A stretch of DNA of 64,000 nucleotides from contig NC_134479.1 of assembly GCF_964194025.1 (NCBI RefSeq), forward strand, positions 11,346,001 to 11,410,000. The letters run 5' to 3'. The stretch is from Convolutriloba macropyga. Taxonomy: Eukaryota. Below, in pieces: positions 51,867 to 64,000 of the stretch; position 1 is the stretch's first letter, and every line of letters begins with the position of its first letter. The notes beneath the pieces were generated by a model. That model saw nothing but the letters and a program-made list of their open reading frames with translations, did no database searches and was not told the origin of the DNA. Both the position numbers and the translations under genes were made by a program.

Positions 51867-52302
51867 GACTTTTTATCGCAATTTCAATTCAATCAATCTT
51901 TTCTTTTAATCGACTTTCTATCTCTTTCTGATGGCCTGTGTGTTTTATGGAGCAACGGACATATGGAACATATACACAACATATACACAACAACACTCAT
52001 CATCTTCTTCTTCTCTTCTTCACTTTTTGGTGGCCTAATCTCAATTCTGACTCTGCGTCTTTCTCTTTGCAACACGAGCAACGCAAGACGTCTAGTTGGG
52101 TTCCATGACTGAGAGCACGATCTGAGAAAGAACAAACGAAGACAAGAGACGGGTTTGAAAGGCTCAATCTCAGCGAGCCAAAGAAATTCAAGTCCCCCCC
52201 TTGGGAGACTTACAGCCTCGGTACAATGGGTGCCCCAACCCAACCCAACACAACTACAACTACTACTAGTAAAAGAGGAGCAGCAGAGGACAGCAAGAGG
52301 AA

Positions 52303-52671
52303 ATGGCACCCAAAGTGAGCGGCAAAGCAGTGAAGAAGGCAGGCAAGGCACAGAAGAAGCCCTCTGGTGACAAGAAGAAGAAAAAGAAGAGGAGAGAGAC
52401 CTACTCCCTCTACATCTACAAGGTGCTGAAGCAGGTCCACCCCGACACTGGCATCTCCTCCAAAGCTATGTCGATCATGAACTCGTTCGTGAAGGATATC
52501 TTTGAGAGGATAGCTGGAGAAGCTTCGAGACTGGCCCACTACAACAAGCGATCAACCATCTCAAGCCGGGAGATCCAGACTGCAGTGAGGCTCTTGCTAC
52601 CAGGAGAGTTGGCCAAGCATGCTGTGAGCGAGGGAACCAAAGCTGTGACCAAATACACCAGCTCCAAGTAA
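52303..52671 (+). CDS. H2B: histone H2B (FVND>FVKD; downstream of element A2)
   Basis: Intact ORF, one substitution. Confidence 0.9.
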   Translation: MAPKVSGKAVKKAGKAQKKPSGDKKKKKKRRETYSLYIYKVLKQVHPDTGISSKAMSIMNSFVKDIFERIAGEASRLAHYNKRSTISSREIQTAVRLLLPGELAKHAVSEGTKAVTKYTSSK

Positions 52672-53560
52672 AGTCCGTTGCTACTTAAGCAACAACATAC
52701 AGGCCTTTTTAAAGGCCACCAAACCTTTTGAAGTTAACTTAATAGCTGCAATGGAGCTCAAAACAAGCTAACTTGAAGCTAAAAACCTTGTTTTCAAAGT
52801 TGCCGGTACCCTTATTCTATGCATTTTCGAGCTATAGCTAACTCGAGCTCAACTTAGCTAGCTTGAGCTTGAGCTAGCTAGTTTGAGCTTGAGCTAGCTA
52901 GTGTGAGCTTCAGATAGCTAGTGTGAGCTTGAGATAGCTAGCTCGAGCTTGATAGCTTGAGCTTGAGCTAGCTGGCTTGAGCTTGCTAGCTTGAGCTTGC
53001 CAGCTTGAACTTGAGCTTGCTGGCTTGAGCTTGAGCTTGCTAGCTGCAGTTAGAGCTAACTTGAGCTCTCTGCCAATCAGAGTGCGAGAAAAGCGCTCCC
53101 AAATAGCCTAACAGTGGCAGCCAATCAGAGAGCTAAAAAATCAAAACTGCATAGATTATAAGTACCTGCAGCTCTGAGCAGAGGTGAAGGTCCGAGCAGG
53201 CTTGCTCGGGCATAGGCGAAGGTCCGAGCAGGCTTGCTCGGGCATAGGCGAAGGTCCGAGCAAGCTTGCTCGGGCATAGGCGAAGGTCCGAGCAAGCTTG
53301 CTCGGACCTCCGCCTATGCCCGAGCAAGCCTGCTCGGACCTTCGCCTCTGCTCAGAGCTGCAGGTACTTATATTCTATGCAGTTTTGATTTTCTAGCTCT
53401 CTGATTGGCTGCCACTGTTAGGCTATTTGGGAGCGCTTTTCTCGCACTCTGATTGGCTTAGCAACATAAGGGTTTTTGGAGCGCATTTTTAACTTAGGTA
53501 GCCATATGTGAGTCTGGGTAACAACCATTTACAACAGACGAAGAAACAAGACGAAGAGAG

Positions 53561-53961
<401 letters not shown>

Positions 53962-54454
53962 AGAAGCTTCTAGCTTGCTACTTCAACACCGGCCTTTTTA
54001 AAGGCCACCAAACCTTCGAAGTTACCTTACTGGCTTCAGCTTACTACCTAGAAAGCTCAAATTAAGCTAAATGTCTTATTTTAAGCTCGAATTGAGGTAT
54101 TTGAACTTCATTCATAAACCCTTATTTGGTTCAGCCAATCAGATTGCGAGAAAGTGTTAGGCTATTTGGGAGCTCTTTTCTCGCACTCTGATTGGCTGAG
54201 AGCTCAATATACTGTTAGGCTATTTTGGGAGCTCTTTTCTCGCACTGTGATTGGCTGAAAAAGTGACGTGATATGACGTGGAAGCCGTCGTGCCTACGTG
54301 GCTGTTTTCTCACACTGTGGTTGGCTAAGCTCAATATGGGCTTTTGAACGACTTTTTATATTTAGGTAGCAAAAAAGTTGGGTGCCCCAACCCAACCCAA
54401 CACAACTACAACTACAACTAATAAAAGAGGAGCAGCAGAGGACAGCAAGAGGAA

Positions 54455-54823
54455 ATGGCACCCAAAGTGAGCGGCAAAGCAGTGAAGAAGGCAGGCAAGG
54501 CACAGAAGAAGCCCTCTGGTGACAAGAAGAAGAAAAAGAAGAGGAGAGAGACCTACTCCCTCTACATCTACAAGGTGCTGAAGCAGGTCCACCCCGACAC
54601 TGGCATCTCCTCCAAAGCTATGTCGATCATGAACTCGTTCGTGAACGATATCTTTGAGAGGATAGCTGGAGAAGCTTCGAGACTGGCCCACTACAACAAG
54701 CGATCAACCATCTCAAGCCGGGAGATCCAGACTGCAGTGAGGCTCTTGCTACCAGGAGAGTTGGCCAAGCTTGCTGTGAGCGAGGGAACCAAAGCTGTGA
54801 CCAAATACACCAGCTCCAAGTAA
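54455..54823 (+). CDS. H2B: histone H2B (AKHAV>AKLAV); empty target site upstream
   Basis: Intact ORF + stem-loop. Confidence 0.93.
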   Translation: MAPKVSGKAVKKAGKAQKKPSGDKKKKKKRRETYSLYIYKVLKQVHPDTGISSKAMSIMNSFVNDIFERIAGEASRLAHYNKRSTISSREIQTAVRLLLPGELAKLAVSEGTKAVTKYTSSK

Positions 54824-55776
54824 AGTCCGTTGCTACTTAAGCAACAACACACAGGCCTTTTTAAAGGCCACCAAACCTTTTGAAGTTAACTTAATAGCTG
54901 CAATGAAGCTCAAAACAAGCTAACTTGAAGCTAAAAATCTTATTTTCAAAGTTGCCGGTTACTTATTCTATGTATTTTCGAGCCATAGCTAGCTCGAGCT
55001 CAACTTAGCTAGCTTGAGCTTGAGCTAGCTAGTTTGAGCTTGAGCTAGCTAGTGTGAGCTTCAGATAGCTAGTGTGAGCTTGAGCTAGCTAGCTCGAGCT
55101 TGATAGCTTGAGCTTGAGCTAGCTGGCTTGAGCTTGCTATCTTGAGCTTGAGCTTGAGCTTGCTAGCTTGAGCTTGCCAGCTTGAGCTTGCTGGCTTGAG
55201 CTTGAGCTTGCTAGCTGCAGTTAGAGCTAACTTGAGCTCTCTGCCAATCAGAGTGCGAGAAAAGCGCTCCCAAATAGCGTAACAGTGGCAGCCAATCAGA
55301 GAGCTAGAAAATCAAAACTGCATAGAATATAAGTACCTGCAGCTCTGAGCAGAGGTGAAGGTCCGAGCAGGCTTGCTCGGGCATAGGCGAAGGTCCGAGC
55401 AGGCTTGCTCGGGCATAGGCGAAGGTCCGAGCAAGCTTGCTCGGGCATAGGCGAAGGTCCGAGCAAGCTTGCTCGGGCATAGTCGAAGGTCCGAGCAAGC
55501 TTGCTCGGGCATAGGCGAAGGTCCGAGCAAGCTACCTCTAAGCTCCAAAATTGCCAAAACCCTTATTCTATATAACTCCTCAAAAACTCTCAGCCAATCA
55601 GAGTGCGAGAAAAGCGCTCCCAAATAGCCTAACAGTGGCAGCCAATCAGAGTGCGAGAAAAACGCTCCCAAATAGCCTAACAGTGGCAGCCAATCAGAGT
55701 GCGAGAAAAGAGCTCTAAAATAGCCTAACAGTTGATTCAAGCTCTAAGCCAATGAGAGATCACTAGTTCGGGGTAG

Positions 55777-56259
<483 letters not shown>

Positions 56260-56730
56260 AAAGCTATCAGCTCTCCAACCCAAAACGGCCTTTTTAAAGG
56301 CCACCAAACCTTGCAAGTTAACTAACTAGCTTCAAGCTAGCTTATAATAAGCTCAAAACAGCTTATAGCTCTTATTTTGAGCTTGAGTTGAGGTATGCCA
56401 ACATTTTCTAAAACCCATATTTAATTCAGCCAATCAGAAAGCGAGAAATTCAAAAGTGAATAGAATAAGTGTTTATGCAGTTTCTAGCAGCTGTAAGGTA
56501 CGAGCAAGCTACCTCGGAGCCTGAGTAATGTACGAGTAAGTTACCTCGGCCTTCGGAAGCTCCCTAGCTGCAGAAACACTTATTCTATGCATTCTTGATT
56601 TTCTCGCTCTCTGATTGGCTGAGCGAAATATGGGTTCTTGAAAGGTATCTCTATGGCTCGTTTTAAGTTGAATTAGGGGTTTTTGAAGGTGTCAGCTCTC
56701 GACCAATCACATTGCGAGAAAATACAGTGA

Positions 56731-57114
<384 letters not shown>

Positions 57115-57874
57115 GCTCTGAGCAGCTCTACCTCAACACAAACAGGCCTTTTTAAAGGCCACCAAACCTTCTAAAGTTACCTTACTAGCTAGTAAGCTCA
57201 AGCTATGTAGCTAGCAAGCTCAAAACAAGCTAATTGTCTTAATTTAAGCTTGAGTTGAGGTATCTGAACTTTGTTCAAAAACTCTTATTTCTTTCAGCTA
57301 ATCAGAGTTCGAGAAACTGTTAGGCTATTTGGGAGCTCTTTTCTCGCACTCTGATTGGCTGACACTGTTAGGCTATTTGGGAGCGCTTTTCTCGCACTCT
57401 GATTGGCTGAGAGTTTTTGAGGAGTTATATAGAATAAGGGTTTTGGCAATTTTGGAGCTTAGAGGTAGCTTGCTCGGACCTTCGCCTATGCCCGAGCAAG
57501 CTTGCTCGGACCTTCGCCTATGCCCGAGCAAGCTTGCTCGGGCAAGCTTGCTCGGACCTTCGCCTATGCCCGAGCAAGCTTGCTCGGACCTTCGCCTATG
57601 CCCGAGCAAGCCTGCTCGGACCTTCGCCTATGCCCGAGCAAGCCTGCTCGGACCTTCACCTCTGCTCAGAGCTGCAGGTACTTATATTCTATGCAGTTTT
57701 GATTTTCTAGCTCTCTGATTGGCTGCCACTGTTAGGCTATTTGGGAGCGCTTTTCTCGCACTCTGATTGGCTTAGCAACATAAGGGTTTTTGGAACGCAT
57801 TTTTAACTTAGGTAGCCATATGTGAGTCTGGGTAACAACCATTTACAACAGACGAAGAAACAAGACGAAGAGAG

Positions 57875-58276
57875 ATGTCAGGCAAAGGAGGCAAATCGAA
57901 GAGCGGCAAGGTGGGAGCTAAGGCCAAGACCCGATCAAGCCGAGCTGGACTGCAGTTCCCCGTGGGCCGAATCCACCGATTCATCCGCAAGGGCAACTAC
58001 GCTGAGCGGGTGGGAGCTGGAGCCCCAGAGTACCTTGCTGCTGTGCTTGAGTACTTGACTGCTGAGATCTTGGAACTTGCTGGCAACGCTGCTAAGGACA
58101 ACAAGAAGTCGAGAATCATCCCCCGACACTTCCAGCTTGCTATCAGAAACGACGAGGAGCTGAACAAGCTGCTGCAAGGAGTGACCATTGCTCAAGGTGG
58201 TGTGCTACCCAACATCCAAGCAGTGCTCTTGCCCAAGAAGCAGTCTTCCTCTCAGCCCAAGTTTGACAAGAAGTAA
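57875..58276 (+). CDS. H2A: histone H2A (three substitutions)
   Basis: APEY, RHFQ, PKFD vs other copies. Confidence 0.9.
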   Translation: MSGKGGKSKSGKVGAKAKTRSSRAGLQFPVGRIHRFIRKGNYAERVGAGAPEYLAAVLEYLTAEILELAGNAAKDNKKSRIIPRHFQLAIRNDEELNKLLQGVTIAQGGVLPNIQAVLLPKKQSSSQPKFDKK

Positions 58277-59562
58277 AGAAGCTTCTAGCTTGCTACTTCA
58301 ACACCGGCCTTTTTAAAGGCCACCAAACCTTCGAAGTTACCTTACTGGCTTCAACTTACTACCTAGCAAGCTCAAATTAAGCTAAATGTCTTATTTTAAG
58401 CTCGAATTGAGGTATTTGAACTTCATTCATAAACCCTTATTTGGTTCAGCCAATCAGATTGCGAGAAATTGTTAGGCTATTTAGGAGCTCTTTTCTCGCA
58501 CTCTGATTGGCTGAGAGCTCAATATACTGTTAGGCTATTTTGGGAGCTCTTTTCTCGCACTGTGATTGGCTGAAAAAGTGACGTGATATGACGTGGAAGC
58601 CGGCGTGCCTACGTGGCTGTTTTCTCACACTGTGGTTGGCTAAGCTCAATATGGGCTTTTGAACGACTTTTTATATTTAGGTAGCAAAAAAGTTGGGTGC
58701 CCCAACCCAACAACCATTTACAACAGCAAGACGACAGATGAGGAGCTAGATGAAGAGTTCGCAGTATAACACTTTCTCAGCAACGACGATAAGCCGACTT
58801 AGTTAATCTCTTAGTCTCTTTTCCAAGAGGCGAGGCTTTAGTTGCGCGCCACCCCCCCTCCCAAAGGCCTCCTGCCAGAACTGCGTTGCCAATCTACACT
58901 ACGCGGGAGTTGAGTCTGAGTCTACGCGGGACGACCCGGGCACCAAAGCACTTACTCCTGAGCTAGCTCGCACTAAGTCAAGAGTACCTGGTGCTATAAG
59001 TTAGAGTGTTGGCGGTACCACTTGCACTTCGGTTCCGTCGAGAGCACAAGCCCAGGTTTAGACACCAAAGGGTTGGCGTACTCTCACGAACGCAACACTC
59101 GCCACCCCGAGCATCCTTTTCAGGAAGCTCGAGCTAGCTCAGTCGACCTGCAAGCTCCCTGGTGTACCCCCGTACCAAGAAGAATTCCCTCGAACACTAA
59201 GCCCTAGTCTGAAGCAAAGGAATCCCGGTGTTAGCCGTCCTGAGCTGAGGGCTTGATTCTAGCACTACGGCCTATAGATAGGAGGTAAGCTGCTAGTTTC
59301 ACGCTTAGTGAGAGGGGGACCGAGCAAGACGCCGCGAGGACGATCTAAGAAAGTGCTAGACGCCGCGATCCCAGACGAAGAAAGTGCAAGACGCCGCGAT
59401 CCCCGACGAAGAGAGTGCAAGACGCCGCGATCCCAGACGAAGAGGGTGCAAGAAGACAACTCTGCCCACATAGTGGGTGAAGACCAGAAGCACCGCCTGG
59501 AAGTGCCTCTCTCCCTAGCCTCTGACCCCTCAGTACACGAGTCCTTCTGCTGAATACTCCCA

Positions 59563-60834
59563 ATGGCACACCGAAACCCCCTCGCTCGACCCTTCTTCCC
59601 CAACAGCTCGATGAACAACGCAGTGAACTGCTCAGATGCCAACCAGAGCCTAAATATGACCGCCTTGACCAACATTAGCTCAGTCAGTCAACAAGGAACC
59701 AAGAGGAAAGCCCAAGACAGTGGTCCCCGAACAAGCTCCAAAGTCCGACGAACCCAAAGTGACAAACCCAAAGTGATCTACTTCTCCTTTGACACACCAG
59801 TACCGAGCCTCAAAGACTTCAACCTGAAGCTGATTGCCCTGACCAACTGCCAGAACTATGGAGAACTAAGGAAGTCCAAGAACGGCAAAGGCTACTCCAT
59901 CAAGCCAAAGACCACTGACATAGCCAAGACAATTACCCCGAGCAAAGTTACCGCAGCCTTCCCCAACAGCAAAGTGAGACTGAGCACCATGACCACCAAC
60001 AACTCAAAGCCAAGCTTCGTGATCACTAACATCGATCTCGATGTACAAACTGATAACATCAAGACCGAGCTACAGAGCCAACACATTGACGCTGAGACTG
60101 TGCACAAAATTACTAGCAGAGCTACCAACAATCCAACCCGACTAGTTAGAGTGTTCACCACCTCTGAAGCCAACGCAAGAGAAGCGGTAGAAAATGGGGT
60201 CTCTATCTTCAACCAACGCAAGAGATGTGAGAAATCAAGACAAGAGCCTCAAGTGATCCAATGTTTCAAGTGCCTCGAGTTTGGACACAGGAGCCATGAA
60301 TGCTGTAACAGCCTAAAGTGTCGAAGATGCGGAGGCGAGCATCTCGCAAAAGACTGCGCACAAGCTGAACAAGAGACTAAGTGCCCAAACTGTGGAGAGA
60401 ACCACTCCTCCAACTACCGAGGATGTGTAAAGTACCAGGAGGCAAAGTCAATCAGCTATGCTCAAGCAGTCAAGAAGAGCCAACCAGAAACCTCTACCGC
60501 TTTCACGAAGATAGAGAAGATGTTAGAGACAATGAATGAGAGACTCAGCAACATCGAAGACAAACTAACGCAGAGAGTAAAGACCTTAGAAGACCAAACA
60601 GCCCAGCTGACCATAAAGACAAGTTCAATCGAAAACAGCCAACTGAACAACTTCATGACCCTCGCAGCCCTCATACAGTGCACACTAGACTCCTCACAAA
60701 AGAAGATTAACATCATGCAAGCTCTAAACTTCATCACAGGACAGACAATCAGCAATTCTCAGTTTGACGGAAAAGTGAAAGAATTCAAACAATACTTCGC
60801 CAGCCACAGAATCACATCTCAACATGGCAGATAA
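59563..60834 (+). CDS. LINE ORF1, three CCHC knuckles
   Basis: Near-identical to 38401-39675. Confidence 0.9.
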   Translation: MAHRNPLARPFFPNSSMNNAVNCSDANQSLNMTALTNISSVSQQGTKRKAQDSGPRTSSKVRRTQSDKPKVIYFSFDTPVPSLKDFNLKLIALTNCQNYGELRKSKNGKGYSIKPKTTDIAKTITPSKVTAAFPNSKVRLSTMTTNNSKPSFVITNIDLDVQTDNIKTELQSQHIDAETVHKITSRATNNPTRLVRVFTTSEANAREAVENGVSIFNQRKRCEKSRQEPQVIQCFKCLEFGHRSHECCNSLKCRRCGGEHLAKDCAQAEQETKCPNCGENHSSNYRGCVKYQEAKSISYAQAVKKSQPETSTAFTKIEKMLETMNERLSNIEDKLTQRVKTLEDQTAQLTIKTSSIENSQLNNFMTLAALIQCTLDSSQKKINIMQALNFITGQTISNSQFDGKVKEFKQYFASHRITSQHGR

Positions 60835-63495
60835 CTTGACAGTTCTACAACTCAATGTTAGAGGGATGAGATCCCAACTTAGACTACTCGACACTCTACT
60901 AAGTGACAAAGGCGCTCATGTTGCCTGCTTCAATGAGACCAAGACAAAACAGCCGCCAAGACTCAAAGACTACATCTTAGCTGCAAGCATTGACGATAAC
61001 AAACATGGCTCAGCCATCTATGTTAGACGCGGACTCAGCTTCAAGCTCATCAACATCAATGTTGTAAAATCAACCTCAAAGACCAACGAGATGCTACACA
61101 TCAGACTCACGGACTCCAACATCGACATCATACTAATCTACTGCTCTCCTGACTTAGCCATCGAACCGACCCACCTCCAATACTCAAATAGAAGAACTCT
61201 CATACTGGGTGACTTCAACATCAAATGTCCATACATCCACCCCAAATCATACAGCTTCGATGCAACTGGACGAACAGTAGAGGAACGACTAGATGACGGC
61301 CTTGTGCTGCTGAATGACGACAGTGCAACGCACAAGAGTGGCTCAATCCTAGATCTCCATCTCAGCACGATTGACCTCGCCTCGGACCTTGCATCTTTTC
61401 ACACTGCAGACGGAACTTTAAGTGATCATCTAATGACGATAAGCCAATTTAACATCAATGCTCCGAAACCCTACTACCTAAGACCAGATTGGAAGCAGTT
61501 CAAGAGGAAAGTGGCGGAAATCACCAACAGCACGGATGAACTAGATGAGAAGGCTATAGAGCTGGCAACTCACATCAAGCGCTGCTATGACGACTGCCTA
61601 AGACCTCAACGACGAAGCTCCAACAAAGAAATAGCCAATCTAATCAAGACCAAGCATCGTATACAGAGGAGAGTCAGAAAACTCAGACGAAATGGACTAA
61701 GGGGTGATATGGACGAAAGAGAACTGACAGCTGAACTAAACAGAGTCTCAAAACAACTGACCAGAACAATTAGGGTTGAGAAGCAACAACAAGAGAATAA
61801 ACTGATTGAACAGCTCAATGACGACAAAAACTGCCAGAACTTCTGGAAGGCCTTCCACAGACTCAACAAAGACAATCAGCACAGCACAAATCGACTCAAG
61901 ATGACTACACAAGAGGCTGCAAACAGCTTCGCAAACTCCCTCCAGCAGACCATGGTGACGCACAGACCCGAGACAACTGAAGCGAGCAATCATCAAGAAG
62001 AAGTTGAGAGAAGTATTGACGAAGCTGCGATAGACGCCTATGAAACACCAAGAGAACACTGGCAAACTGATGTACGACCACAACTGCTTAGACGACTGAT
62101 TTCTGAGAGAAAGAACACAGCCCCAGGCGATGACTAAGTTTCTTATAAAATCCTGAAACAACTGCCAGACAACATCATAGAGAACCTTTGCGAACTCATT
62201 CAAGAATCGCTCAAACGAGGCAAGATACCAACGTGCTGGAAGAAGGCCAAAGTCTGCATGCTCCCTAAACCAGGCAAGGATCACACGAACATCAAGAATT
62301 ACAGACCCCTCTCTTTGACAAGCTGCATTGGCAAACTAGGCGAAATTATCGTAAAGGAGCATCTGATCAAACACTGCGAGGACTTAAACGTATTCAGAAA
62401 CACCCAAGGTGCATACAGAACGAAGAGATCAACTGTTGACAATCTGCTATGCCTGACTCAACACGCCTTCAGCGAAGCTCTCTGGAAACGACCAACTGCA
62501 GCAGTCTTTCTTGACGTACAACAAGCATTTGATGCAGTGTGGCACAAGGGACTACTCTACAGACTCCAGGAGAACAAAGTTCCAATGTGGATCATCAAAT
62601 GGACCAAGGACTACCTCAAGAACAGAGAACTGAAAGTTGTGTATAAGCAAGCTGTAGCAGAGGGCTTCGTCCCAAGTGCCGGTGTCCCTCAAGGAGGAGT
62701 TATAAGTCCAGTTCTTTTCAACATCTATGTCAGTAAAACCGAAGTAGCAACAGCCAATGTCTCCCAGTATGCAGATGATATAGCACTCTACACGACCAAC
62801 GCAACCTGCAAAGCAGCCACTCTAAGACTACAAAGAGCACTCGACACACTTGACCACTGGTGCAACCTATGGAAGATCAAACTCAATCCTGACAAGACGC
62901 ATTTCATGCTCATCACTCGACTGAAAGACAAACAACAACTACTGACCATCAAAGGAGCGCAATTGAAGACAACAAAGAAAACAACCTTTTTAGGAGTAGA
63001 AATATCAGACAGCTTGACTTGGACAGAGCACATCAACAAAGTTGAACCGAAAGTTTTCGCCAGGACAAACAGACTCAAAATACTCAAAGCTAAAGGAATC
63101 AGCTCTAAAAGCCTAATCAAATTTACAAGATGACTATCAGACCAATCATGGAGTACGCCTCACCAGCCTGGGCCAATGCTCCGAACTCACTCTTACAAAG
63201 ACTACAGATACTACAAAACAGAGCACTGAAGACAGCACTAGATCTACCTCCTTGGACATCCACGACAGAAGTACACAGCAGAGCTAACATACCGACCATA
63301 ACTGAATACTTAACAAGTCGCAACATCAACTACCTGAAACGAGCATCGAAGTACAACTCCTCTATAAGAGAACTCATCCAAGATGAACTGAAGACAGTAC
63401 AAACCGACAGCAATCTCAGTACTCCGATACAGACGATACTGTTCCAAACAGCAATTGAGCGGCTTTCAAATACATCAACTGACGTTCCAACTTAA
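60824..63495 (+). pseudogene. ORF2 (APE-RT) with nonsense codon at 62135 and frameshift at ~63121
   Basis: CAA>TAA and 1-nt deletion vs B1. Confidence 0.9.
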
Positions 63496-63849
63496 ATGGA
63501 CAAACCTCTAAATCTTTACAAATACAATTCAACTTTTTCTTCCCATACTTCAAGACATTAACTACTTTCTTACTTCTCTTTTGGTGGCCTAAGACGACAA
63601 AGCAATGCAAGGTGCAAACTGACATCTACCTCATCTCTCTTCTCTTACCCAATCCTGACGAATAGACGCAAAACCAAGAACTGACCAAACAAGAGACTGC
63701 AAAGCAAGACGCGAGTTTACACGGCTTCTTGAAAAGAGGCCATAGAAGCTCAAGACAAACCCCTTCACTTCACAGGGTGCCCCAACCCAAACCAACACAA
63801 CTACAACTACAACTAATAAAAGAGGAGCAGCAGAGGACAGCAAGAGGAA

Positions 63850-64000
63850 ATGGCACCCAAAGTGAGCGGCAAAGCAGTGAAGAAGGCAGGCAAGGAACAG
63901 AAGAAGCCCTCTGGTGACAACAAGAAGAAAAAGAAGAGGAGAGAGACCTACTCCCTCTACATCTACAAGGTGCTGAAGCAGGTCCACCCCGACACTGGCA
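63850..64000 (+). CDS. H2B: histone H2B, runs off window end
   Basis: [19 protein letters not shown]... Confidence 0.9.
   Translation, partial: MAPKVSGKAVKKAGKEQKKPSGDNKKKKKRRETYSLYIYKVLKQVHPDTG

Larger units (their letters stand above)
46977..52226 (+). mobile_element. non-LTR retrotransposon, family A copy 2, defective
   Basis: Duplication at 46955-46976 and 52227-52248; three internal deletions vs A1. Confidence 0.95.
58711..63774 (+). mobile_element. non-LTR retrotransposon, family B copy 2, ORF2 defective
   Basis: Duplication GGGTGCCCCAACCCAA at 58695-58710 and 63775-63790. Confidence 0.95.

Overview
Animal (probably invertebrate) genomic DNA in two parts joined by an exactly 200-N gap (16323-16522). 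Left part (1-16.3 kb): decayed Ty3/Gypsy LTR retrotransposons of two related families in (TTA)n/(TA)n microsatellite, with local tandem duplications. Right part (16.5-64 kb): a tandem array of replication-dependent core histone genes (basic unit H2B-H3-H4-H2A, all on +, 3' stem-loops, no H1 seen). Main result: four full-length ~5.0-5.5 kb non-LTR retrotransposons (CCHC ORF1; APE endonuclease + RT ORF2; Jockey/I-group-like) of two divergent families, called A and B here, are inserted at the same position and orientation at the likely H2B transcription start (TT^GGGTGCCCCAACCCAACCCAA). They have target-site duplications and no poly(A) tail. Their 5' ends carry histone-leader sequence (H2A leader in family B). 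Both families keep an 11-12 nt 3'-UTR motif exactly antisense to the histone mRNA 3' end. This looks like a histone-gene-specific retrotransposon system that uses the histone promoter. I know of no described equivalent, but novelty needs a database check.
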